Shown here: in pieces, positions 56,469 to 64,000 of the stretch
Numbering within the stretch: the first letter of the stretch is position 1
Layout: each line of letters opens with the position of its first letter
IMG/VR virus record: IMGVR_UViG_3300023284_001411
Location: 11,453 to 75,452 of that record
Origin: a virus
DNA: 64,000 nucleotides
Reading direction: 5' to 3' (one strand)
Notes under the pieces: model-generated
Told to the model about the DNA's origin: nothing
Seen by the model: only the letters and a program-made list of their open reading frames with translations
Databases searched by the model: none
Made by a program: the position numbers and the translations under genes

Positions 56469-59375
56469 TTACCTCTGGAGTATTTGCCTCAAGGCTGACG
56501 GATTTTTCGACAGGATGTTCAGCACGGCCCGCTCGCCCTCGGAAGTATTGATTGCCGCGATGGCCTCATCCGGGTCCGTGACGTTTACCACGCTGATGTT
56601 TACCTCTGGGGCCAGTTGTAGTTGACTGTTTGGGATAATGTTGCCGGGGCCTTGAGGCACGAAAACCTCCGTCCCTCGCTCGCCGACGATGACCGGTTGC
56701 CGTCTTGGCGGTACGCCCCCGGCCTGGAACTGTTGGAGCCCACCCACTGGGCCGCCCGTAGCGGCTGTAGTCGTTGGCACCGGTACCCCGATGCCCGTCG
56801 ATGCCTGGAGGGCCTTTAGGATGAGGATGCGGATGATCAGGGAGAGGATCTGCTTCGCCAGGTCGCGGAAAAGGTTCGCGAATGCCTCGCGGAGGTCGTC
56901 TACATTCTGGAAGCCCGAGATGGCGAACTCCGCCAGAGCGTCCGATGCCCGGTTGATGGCGCCGAGAACCTTCTGGGCGATGATCGTCCCGAGGTTCTCC
57001 ATGATTTTCCCGGCCTCGACGAAGACGTCATTGAACTGCTCGCCGAATTCTTTATTTTCTTCGAGGCCGTCCCTCAGTCTTTCCAGTTCTTTGTTCAGCA
57101 GGGCCTGGTTACCGGTCCCCTCCGCAATCAGCTCGTTTATAATCCGGATTCGCTCTTGCCGGTCCCTTTCCGGCCCCTCGAGCTCGTCAAGGATCGCTTG
57201 CCGCTTGGTGAGTTCCTGCGTCTCAGAGATAATCGATCGGGCACTCTCGAGGGCCAGGATGGCGTCCTGACTCTTGAGGTCGATCCCCTCCTTGATGAGA
57301 TCATTCTCGATGTCGAGGATCTGTCGGCGCTGTTCTCGGACCCCGACGGAGAGCCCGGCGAGCTCGAGCTCCTGCATCAGCTCCTTGTTAAGCCGCTCGA
57401 GGGCCATGGCCTGACTGCTGATTGCCATGCTTTCAGTTGTACGTCCCCCCGTTGCAGAAGGATCAGTTAATGGGGCCGTAGGAACAGCCCCCGCAAAACC
57501 CGCTGAGGCTTCGTTGAACCTTTTTTGTATTCTCTCTGCAGCTCTTTCTTGCGCTTTGTCAAGAATGTCATCCAAAACAGTTTCCGCGAGCCTTGAACTT
57601 TTGAAGCCTTCACTAAAACCCGCTGCGCCTGCTTCTCCAATATTGCCGAAACCTGTACGGAAGTTGTCCTCAAGTTCTTCCAGTTCTGGGGCTTTTAGAA
57701 GTGGGATTGCTACACGTATTCCCGGGATCTTACTAAGGGCTATCGATGCAAGAGCAATAAAACTATTGATCTGTTTAACTAACTTTTTGATGATGACATT
57801 GAATATTTTTGCTATTTCGATACTGATGGAGAAGAAGATGCTGCCAATTACCTTGGTCAACTCTTTGAACGCGGCTACGATTCCAAAAACGGTACCAATG
57901 GCCAGGCCCAGGAGAGCGTCGAAGCCCCTGGCGACAAAGCGGAGGAAGCCCTCAAAAGAAACTTCTATTTCCTTAAACGCGGGGCCAACCGACCCAAAAA
58001 TACTATTTAAAAATAATGAGAAAGCACTACCAATCGCTTTGAACCCATCCAGCAAAGTTGAGAAGACCACTATGGCGAGATCCCGTAAACTAATGAATCC
58101 ACTCTTAGCTACATTGATCTCATCCGCGAATGCTATAACTGCCGCAACAGCTGCGGTAATAACGGTAACCAAAAGAATAATGGGATTAGCCCTGATGGCC
58201 GTCGTGAAAGCGATTGCGGCAATGGTCGCCACCTTGAAGCCCGCAACCACGACGCCCGCGAGGATGACTCGGCCGAGTCGATCCGCGTTGTCGGCCACTG
58301 TACGAATGATTTTAGCCAGTCTAAAAAAGAAATTGGTCAGGAAGTCCGAAGCACCGAGCTCCCCGAAAGCTAACACCACTCCTTCGGCCGCCGATTTGAC
58401 GGCTAAGAGAGCGCCGTTAAGATTCTGATCCATGGTTCGCGCTATGCGGAGAGCTGTTCCTTCAGCCTTCTCTATCCTCCCCGCAAACTTTACCGCTGCG
58501 TCTCCGGCTGAAGCAAACGCCAGGGCCGCCGACGCTGTCCTGACGTCGAAGATCTTCACGGCCTGCTCGAGTGTGAGTCCTGCCTCACCCAAGATCTTAA
58601 ACGACTCGCTCAAACCGACAACTCGTGGATTTACATCTCTTGCAGAAAGGCCCAGTTCCTTGAGGGCTTTCTTTGCGGCGGCAGTAGGAGCGGAGAGCTT
58701 GATCAAGGACTGCCGCAACCCGGTACCTGCCAAGGAGGCTTGGATACCAGCGTTAGAGAGCGTTCCCACCGCGGCCGCTGCCTCTTCGAGGCTGACCCCC
58801 GCTGCCTTCGCCACGGGCGCCACGAACTTCAGGGCATCCCCCAATTGGAGGATGTTCGTGTTCGAATTGCTCGCCGCGAAGGCGAGAACGTCTACGACAC
58901 GTCCCGCCTCTGAGGCGTCGAGCCCAAAACCTTGGAGGACGTTTGACGAGATATCTGCCGCGGATGCGAGATCCAGTGCGCCAGCCTGCGCGAGATTCAG
59001 TGTATCACTGATAGACGCCAGCACTTGATTCGTCGTGAAGCCCGCCCGGGCAAGGAAGGTCATGCCTTCCGCGGCCTGCGTTGCGGTGAATCGAGTAGTG
59101 GTGCCGAGGGTTCTGGCTGTTTCTTGGAGACTTTTGAACTCGGTCTCGGTGGCCTGGGTGATGGCCCGGACCGTGGACATCTCCTGCCCAAAGCTGGCGA
59201 GGGTGTTGATCGCGGAGCGGAGGATCACGGTCGCGCCCAGCGCCACGAGGGCGGTCCTTAGAAACTTGACCTGACTCCCTGCCGTCTTGGCAGTCGTCCC
59301 GACCGCGGCGAGGTTGCGACTAACGACCCGCGCTCCCTTCTCGTCGACCTGGATGATAATGCGTTCGGTGGCCAT
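56469..59375 (-). CDS. Tape measure protein
   Basis: 968 aa; TRFTATQAAEGMTFLARAG, GIQASLAGTGLR; Ala-rich. Confidence 0.95.
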   Translation of the reverse strand: MATERIIIQVDEKGARVVSRNLAAVGTTAKTAGSQVKFLRTALVALGATVILRSAINTLASFGQEMSTVRAITQATETEFKSLQETARTLGTTTRFTATQAAEGMTFLARAGFTTNQVLASISDTLNLAQAGALDLASAADISSNVLQGFGLDASEAGRVVDVLAFAASNSNTNILQLGDALKFVAPVAKAAGVSLEEAAAAVGTLSNAGIQASLAGTGLRQSLIKLSAPTAAAKKALKELGLSARDVNPRVVGLSESFKILGEAGLTLEQAVKIFDVRTASAALAFASAGDAAVKFAGRIEKAEGTALRIARTMDQNLNGALLAVKSAAEGVVLAFGELGASDFLTNFFFRLAKIIRTVADNADRLGRVILAGVVVAGFKVATIAAIAFTTAIRANPIILLVTVITAAVAAVIAFADEINVAKSGFISLRDLAIVVFSTLLDGFKAIGSAFSLFLNSIFGSVGPAFKEIEVSFEGFLRFVARGFDALLGLAIGTVFGIVAAFKELTKVIGSIFFSISIEIAKIFNVIIKKLVKQINSFIALASIALSKIPGIRVAIPLLKAPELEELEDNFRTGFGNIGEAGAAGFSEGFKSSRLAETVLDDILDKAQERAAERIQKRFNEASAGFAGAVPTAPLTDPSATGGRTTESMAISSQAMALERLNKELMQELELAGLSVGVREQRRQILDIENDLIKEGIDLKSQDAILALESARSIISETQELTKRQAILDELEGPERDRQERIRIINELIAEGTGNQALLNKELERLRDGLEENKEFGEQFNDVFVEAGKIMENLGTIIAQKVLGAINRASDALAEFAISGFQNVDDLREAFANLFRDLAKQILSLIIRILILKALQASTGIGVPVPTTTAATGGPVGGLQQFQAGGVPPRRQPVIVGERGTEVFVPQGPGNIIPNSQLQLAPEVNISVVNVTDPDEAIAAINTSEGERAVLNILSKNPSALRQILQR

Positions 59376-59797
59376 CAGATCCCTCTCAGCACGCGGGATA
59401 CCGACGCCGCCCGCCGGCCGGCTTGCATCGCCTGGGCCGACATGCCCTCGGGAGCCTGGGCGCTCGAGCCCTCGTCAAGGAAGACGATGTACTCGAGATT
59501 GTTGGTGATGAAGATCGCCCCGCCGCCCAACTTGAAATTGGCCGCGGCCTGCTGCCCCTGGGTAATGGCCGCCCGGCCCGAGGGGTCGGGCGGTCTGCTC
59601 GCCTCGTCCGAAGGGGATCCAATGGTGACGATGGTGTTAGCCTTGGCGCGGCCGGTGTCGAAGGGCGTGGCGTTGACGAAGGTCTGATCGGTGACAATAG
59701 CGACTGTGCGAACGGTCCGCTCAATTCCAGCTTTTACTCCGAACGCTACCAGAGCCATCCGCTTCGCGAACTCTCCGAAACTTCGACTTGTCGCCAT
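59375..59797 (-). CDS. Tail completion protein (HK97 gp10-like)
   Basis: TPFDTGRAKAN, ITNNLEYI..L.EGSSAQAP.G. Confidence 0.8.
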   Translation of the reverse strand: MATSRSFGEFAKRMALVAFGVKAGIERTVRTVAIVTDQTFVNATPFDTGRAKANTIVTIGSPSDEASRPPDPSGRAAITQGQQAAANFKLGGGAIFITNNLEYIVFLDEGSSAQAPEGMSAQAMQAGRRAASVSRVLRGI

Positions 59798-60119
59798 GTT
59801 TGCCCTCGTGCCACTTTCTAAATGCAGCGTCCATCTTGCCAACTAAATATTCTAAGCGGTTGGTTTGGTCCTCGTCAAAATCATAAGCACGAGCGTACTC
59901 CATGATGGCAGTCCAGGGAATGGCCTGGCAACCGCTGAAGCCCGGCGGCCTGCAGCTGCTCAGATGCAAGTAAGCCACGAAGAACAACTCCAAGTCCTCT
60001 TCGAGTTCCGGGGAGTTCAGGATCTTGTCGGGTAGAGGCATGTGCCCCGCCCGACACTGATCCGCGATGGTTTGCTCGTCCTTCCCCATACCCAGGTTGT
60101 AGAGGAGGACGTCGATTAG
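59721..60119 (-). CDS. Tail assembly chaperone, frameshifted C-terminal extension
   Basis: -1 frame open from slippery site; LSSCRP..IPWTAIMEYA motif. Confidence 0.75.
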   Translation of the reverse strand, partial: LIDVLLYNLGMGKDEQTIADQCRAGHMPLPDKILNSPELEEDLELFFVAYLHLSSCRPPGFSGCQAIPWTAIMEYARAYDFDEDQTNRLEYLVGKMDAAFRKWHEGKHGDKSKFRRVREADGSGSVRSKSWN

Positions 60120-60520
60120 TTTTTTGCGTCTGCTTCATCAAGCTCTGACCGGAAAAGAGAAAAGTTTTGGGCTTGGTCTTGCACGTCCCGGAAAAGTTCC
60201 GGAAGATCCGTGAACAGCTGGATGCAGTTCTTGACCGTAAACTTGAGAGGCTTTCCGTCTTTGTCCTTGATCCCTTCCCAGCCCAGGACGACGGTCTCGG
60301 CATAGACTTCAATGAAGACCTCGCGGGCGAGTTCTTCCTCCATCATCTCCAGACGAATCTGATTCTTGTACTGCCTGCCGACTTTCGCGAGCTTCTTCTG
60401 GAATCGTTTGTTTGAGCCACCAGCTCTCGCGATTCGGATACGTTCGCCGTCCCCGTAGTCGAGGATGATTCCTTCGGTCTCGCAGTTCTCGTCAGCTTTG
60501 AACTTCTTATAGAGCGACAT
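60116..60520 (-). CDS. Tail assembly chaperone
   Basis: IARAGGSNKRF, VLGWEG; ends at A-AAA-AAC-TAA. Confidence 0.85.
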   Translation of the reverse strand: MSLYKKFKADENCETEGIILDYGDGERIRIARAGGSNKRFQKKLAKVGRQYKNQIRLEMMEEELAREVFIEVYAETVVLGWEGIKDKDGKPLKFTVKNCIQLFTDLPELFRDVQDQAQNFSLFRSELDEADAKN

Positions 60521-60550
60521 AGAAAACCTTTCATGAAAAAGAAATAGAAC

Positions 60551-60590
60551 AAAACGCAGCCCACCAGAGGTAAACCCCCGGCAGGCTACG
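60551..60590 (-). terminator. Terminator after major tail gene
   Basis: CGTAGCCTGCCGGGGG/CCTCTGGTGGGCTGCG hairpin then TTTTG. Confidence 0.6.
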
Positions 60591-60608
60591 TCACTCTCCT
60601 ATGGTTGT

Positions 60609-62132
60609 TTACGTGTCAGCGGCATTCGGCAGAAAGTCATAGAAAACCATCAGCAGGGTGTAATCGAGGGTCGTAGCGATCTTGGCCGCGGTCGCCGCGT
60701 CCATACCCAGAGGGATCGTAATGGCTTCGTCCTGCTCGACGGCAGCCCGCCCATCGCCCAGGGTGATCAGGGGAAGGTCGACCGAGACCCCGGAATTCGA
60801 CTTGACGATGTGCCAGTCCAGGGTCACGTCGGAGTTATTCCGAACAGACGTGATGGCAGTTACGTTCGAGAAGTACGCCGTCAGGTCCCCGCCGACTTGG
60901 AAGGTTCCCGCGGTCACCTCGAAGGCGCCCAGTGTCCCTACCGCCTTGTTTGGGCTCAGGTTGTTGTTGATGGTGATGTTCATCTCCTGCAGGAACGCGA
61001 AGAGAGCCGTCGGTGCGGAGTCCGTGTCGTCGTGGACCGCCATCCGGATTCGGGTGAAGTCGCTCGACGTATTGAAGGCGTCCGCCTCCACGATCGCCGG
61101 GCGCGTGCCCGAGCGCAGGGCCGTCGGCCCAGTGAAGAGGACCTGATCCAGCCCGACGAAGGACAGATCGCAAGTGATCTTATCCGCTGTGGCGACGTTG
61201 AAGGTGAACTCGGCCGGGACGCAGCCGTCGAGGTACTCGGCCTGGATCTGCGTCGGCGACGCATCGTCCGGTGCGCCCAGCTGGCGCTCGAGGCTGTAGG
61301 TGCGCCGCTTGATTGTGGTCCCGATTTCGTTCTTCAGGACGCGCCCGAAGTAGAGCTCGATGGTCTCCGTGTCCGAGGCCTCTGTCGACATGTTGAGGTC
61401 CGACTTGTCAAATTCCAGGCGGGTCGCCGCAATGGTCCGGATCCGTTTGAAGCCATTGTTTGCCGCGGCAACAAACGCGAGAGCCGCGGCGTCTCCGCCG
61501 ATGAAGATCCACTCGCCCGCGACGAAGCCGAGGGTCGTGAAGTCCAGGACCGTCGAGGTGAGGGCATCGAACGCTCCGGTCGAGTCTACATCGATATCAC
61601 CCGCGGCACCCACGACGCCGACCCGGCTGATGACCGCGTCCGCGCCGGGTGTTTCGTTGACGAGCGTTTCGTTCACGACGATGGTCGTGGCCGTACTCGA
61701 AGCGACGGTCTTCTTCCCGTTGTTCGCGGCGTCGGTGAAGCCCTTGCCGAAGGCCAGGGTCGCCGTAGTGTAGTCCGTCCCGTTGGCTGCCACGTTATAC
61801 GTGGTCGTGGCGGTGACCGAGGTCACGGTCTCCTCCGACTTCTTGCGAAGGTCCGCGAAGAAGAAACCCTGCAGGACGTCCTGGAGGTTCTCCTGGGTCA
61901 GGTCGGAATTGAGCCCGCCCGAGGCGTCGAGGTCCGTGGTGACGCCCTTCTTCCGCTGCCGAGACGGATTGATGGGGTTCCGCGCCACGGTGGTGATCTC
62001 CCCTCCGAAATCGGCAAAGCTATTGGGTTCCAGCGGGCGCCACACTGGACTCCCCGGCAGAACTTTGATGGTAAGCTCTTCAGCGTACCGGAGCCCCACA
62101 ACATTAGAATCAATCTTTTGGACTTGCGCCAT
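60609..62132 (-). CDS. Major tail (tube) protein
   Basis: DSNVVGLRYAEE, LEPNSFADFGGE, RQRKKG..TDLDASGG motifs. Confidence 0.9.
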   Translation of the reverse strand: MAQVQKIDSNVVGLRYAEELTIKVLPGSPVWRPLEPNSFADFGGEITTVARNPINPSRQRKKGVTTDLDASGGLNSDLTQENLQDVLQGFFFADLRKKSEETVTSVTATTTYNVAANGTDYTTATLAFGKGFTDAANNGKKTVASSTATTIVVNETLVNETPGADAVISRVGVVGAAGDIDVDSTGAFDALTSTVLDFTTLGFVAGEWIFIGGDAAALAFVAAANNGFKRIRTIAATRLEFDKSDLNMSTEASDTETIELYFGRVLKNEIGTTIKRRTYSLERQLGAPDDASPTQIQAEYLDGCVPAEFTFNVATADKITCDLSFVGLDQVLFTGPTALRSGTRPAIVEADAFNTSSDFTRIRMAVHDDTDSAPTALFAFLQEMNITINNNLSPNKAVGTLGAFEVTAGTFQVGGDLTAYFSNVTAITSVRNNSDVTLDWHIVKSNSGVSVDLPLITLGDGRAAVEQDEAITIPLGMDAATAAKIATTLDYTLLMVFYDFLPNAADT

Positions 62133-62156
62133 TTACCCACGTTCCTCTCTAAAAAA

Positions 62157-62621
62157 TCAGACGAATTCGTCGTACCGGAATTCGGCAACCACGTTCATAT
62201 TATACCAAGCTGAATCGACTCCGATCTCATTTATTGAGACATTTCTGAACCAGACCGCGCTCGTCGTTGATTTTCCCTCAAAAGCGGCCTTCGCAACTTT
62301 GGCCAGTTCCTCCGCTAAGGACAAACCGAGCCCTTTTTCCAGGGGCGCAAAGATCTGGACCGTAACGATCCCGAGTTTCGTAAAACGCCGACGATCAGTG
62401 CTCGGGCCGAGGGCCTGTTGCTCTCCGAGGTTGTGGCGGATCTGGATCCGCGCCCAGGCGGCGTCGTGGGGTTTGTCGCCCTCCTCGCCTATCCCCTCGT
62501 AGAAAATCTCGGGGATCAGGCCCCCATTCACCGCGGGGGTGTCCGCGTTCCACTTCACCGTGAAGGCGCCCAGGATCTCGTCTCGGGCGGTGTCAAAGGT
62601 CGCCGGCATCAGTTTGAACAC
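62157..62621 (-). CDS. Tail terminator
   Basis: WARIQIRH, GIVTVQIFAP..G, FEG motifs. Confidence 0.8.
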   Translation of the reverse strand: MFKLMPATFDTARDEILGAFTVKWNADTPAVNGGLIPEIFYEGIGEEGDKPHDAAWARIQIRHNLGEQQALGPSTDRRRFTKLGIVTVQIFAPLEKGLGLSLAEELAKVAKAAFEGKSTTSAVWFRNVSINEIGVDSAWYNMNVVAEFRYDEFV

Positions 62622-62986
62622 TCCAGCTCAAAGATGATCTTTTCCCCGTTGGGGTTCAGGGGCCGGGACTCTTGGATGGTCCACTTCTCCCCCGAGGCCC
62701 GGAGGATGTGATCTACCGAGGGATCGGGGTCAATGGTCATCCCAGAGGCGGCGACGAGGACCAGCTGACGCCCGGCCTTGACGAGCTCCCCGGTGATCAG
62801 GCTCCTCTCCTGCCCGAGCCATACGGCCTTGACGTCATGATTGGCCAGGGTCGGCGCAGAGGGCTCCCAGGGCTTCGTCGCGTCGCCCGGGGTCCCGTCT
62901 GTCTTGCGTTTGATCTTGGAGGTTTCTCCACTCTTGGTGATCAGCCTCAGAGCCAAAGCGATGGCACTCGCAAACCGTGTCGCCAT
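62609..62986 (-). CDS. Head-closure/head-tail joining protein
   Basis: ALRLITKSG, KPW, PLNPNG motifs; neck context. Confidence 0.7.
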   Translation of the reverse strand: MATRFASAIALALRLITKSGETSKIKRKTDGTPGDATKPWEPSAPTLANHDVKAVWLGQERSLITGELVKAGRQLVLVAASGMTIDPDPSVDHILRASGEKWTIQESRPLNPNGEKIIFELECSN

Positions 62987-63507
62987 TATGCTCTCCTCAC
63001 TATTCGCCCAGAGACGACCAAGCCCGTCGCCCGAAGTTTCTGGTCAGCCTTGGGGTACTTGGGCAGGATGAACGAGCCGCCCACGGTGTAAACCTGGGAC
63101 TCTGAGATGGGTCCGACCTTCTCGCTCTTCGACTGGACTATTTGCCCAGTGGAGTCGCGGTCCGGTACCGGCAGGAGGTCGATCGTCAGGGCCAGGAAGG
63201 CATACTCCGCGGTGGCCTCTTCGACCTCGCTGAGGATGCCGACCCGGGTGAACTCGCTCTCATCTTCCAGGTTGATCCGGGGGAACTGCGTTGTCTGGTC
63301 GAGCCCGGTTCGCTGCCCGCCGTAGCGGAAGCCCACGCCCGAGTCGACGTGGTCGGTGGCGCGGATGATGGCCTTCTCAATGTCGCCCGTACCGAAGGCC
63401 GAGATGTCCGTGCCGCGGTCCTTGTGGTACGTCTTGAAGAAGGCCGAAGTGATGTAGGCGTTGGCCCCTGCAACGTTGCCGCTGTTGTTTTGAACTGTAA
63501 ACGGCAT
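62986..63507 (-). CDS. Head-tail adaptor (DnaT-like)
   Basis: GANAYIT..YH..RG, AIIRATDHVD, QFPR, EKVGPI. Confidence 0.8.
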   Translation of the reverse strand: MPFTVQNNSGNVAGANAYITSAFFKTYHKDRGTDISAFGTGDIEKAIIRATDHVDSGVGFRYGGQRTGLDQTTQFPRINLEDESEFTRVGILSEVEEATAEYAFLALTIDLLPVPDRDSTGQIVQSKSEKVGPISESQVYTVGGSFILPKYPKADQKLRATGLVVSGRIVRRA

Positions 63508-63529
63508 GCTATTTGCTTACTACCCTGTT

Positions 63530-63967
63530 ATGAAAAGAAAACACGGAAAAACCGAGACCCGACTGTACAAAAGATGGATCGAAATGCGAAGACGGTGCAA
63601 GAGCCGAAAGAACTACTGCGATCGCGGAATTACCGTCTGCCGAGAATGGGATGACTTCTTGAAGTTTGAGCGATGGGCCTTGTCCGCGGGTTTTTCTTGG
63701 GAAAAAGACATAGACCGCATCGATAACTCGAGAGGATATTCGCCCGATAATTGCCGCTGGGTTTCGCGTAGCCAAAATCTCAAGAACACGAGAAGAACCC
63801 GCTACCTTTCTCTCTTTGAAGAAACGAAGCCTCTTTGCGATTGGGCTCAGGATCCAAGATGCCAGGTCAGTGAAAATACTCTGCGAGGGCGTATCAGACG
63901 AAACTGGCCGATCAGCCTGGCAATACTTGCGGCTGTTGATAATCGCGGTGGTTGGAATAGACGATAG
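63530..63967 (+). CDS. HNH-type endonuclease (only plus-strand gene)
   Basis: W..M..RC, RGITVCREW..F, IDRIDNSRGYSPDNCRW..N. Confidence 0.85.
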   Translation: MKRKHGKTETRLYKRWIEMRRRCKSRKNYCDRGITVCREWDDFLKFERWALSAGFSWEKDIDRIDNSRGYSPDNCRWVSRSQNLKNTRRTRYLSLFEETKPLCDWAQDPRCQVSENTLRGRIRRNWPISLAILAAVDNRGGWNRR

Positions 63968-64000
63968 GATCATTTAGTCACGTCCTGGGTTACGGCCCAC

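Noticed and set aside
57420-58450. Lower-GC segment within tape measure
   Set aside because: Frame is uninterrupted and encodes hydrophobic Ile/Phe-rich helices; no intron or intein signs
1-64000. Integrase/lysogeny module, reverse transcriptase or DGR
   Set aside because: No recognisable motifs or template/variable repeat pair seen

Overview
Near-complete genome of a long-tailed (siphovirus-type) dsDNA phage with YuA/phiJL001-like gene content. All credible genes lie on the minus strand except one HNH-type endonuclease. Read right to left it contains: head-tail and tail genes (64.0-48.2 kb), DNA replication/metabolism (47.9-33.3 kb: SNF2 helicase, HD hydrolase, DUF5664, PolA, MT-A70, primase-helicase), an early/accessory region with repeated sigma70-like promoters (33-22 kb), a second accessory region starting at a putative terminase small subunit (21.2-6.9 kb), and packaging/head genes (terL, portal, ClpP-like, head morphogenesis, scaffold, and a major capsid gene cut by the left edge). 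Two non-coding arrays stand out. (1) A RAMP/Cas7-like gene and a conserved partner gene are followed by a ~400-nt array in strict 5-nt register (GRC-NN pentamers), split into units by RGCA spacers. This is a candidate RNA-guided system with a non-contiguous guide code. (2) A promoter-driven tandem array of five Y RNAs (three minimal, two YrlA-type tRNA mimics) sits directly upstream of a Ro60/TROVE gene, flanked by a 3'-5' exonuclease and a UDG-like gene. Protein family calls come from motif recognition only; no searches were run.
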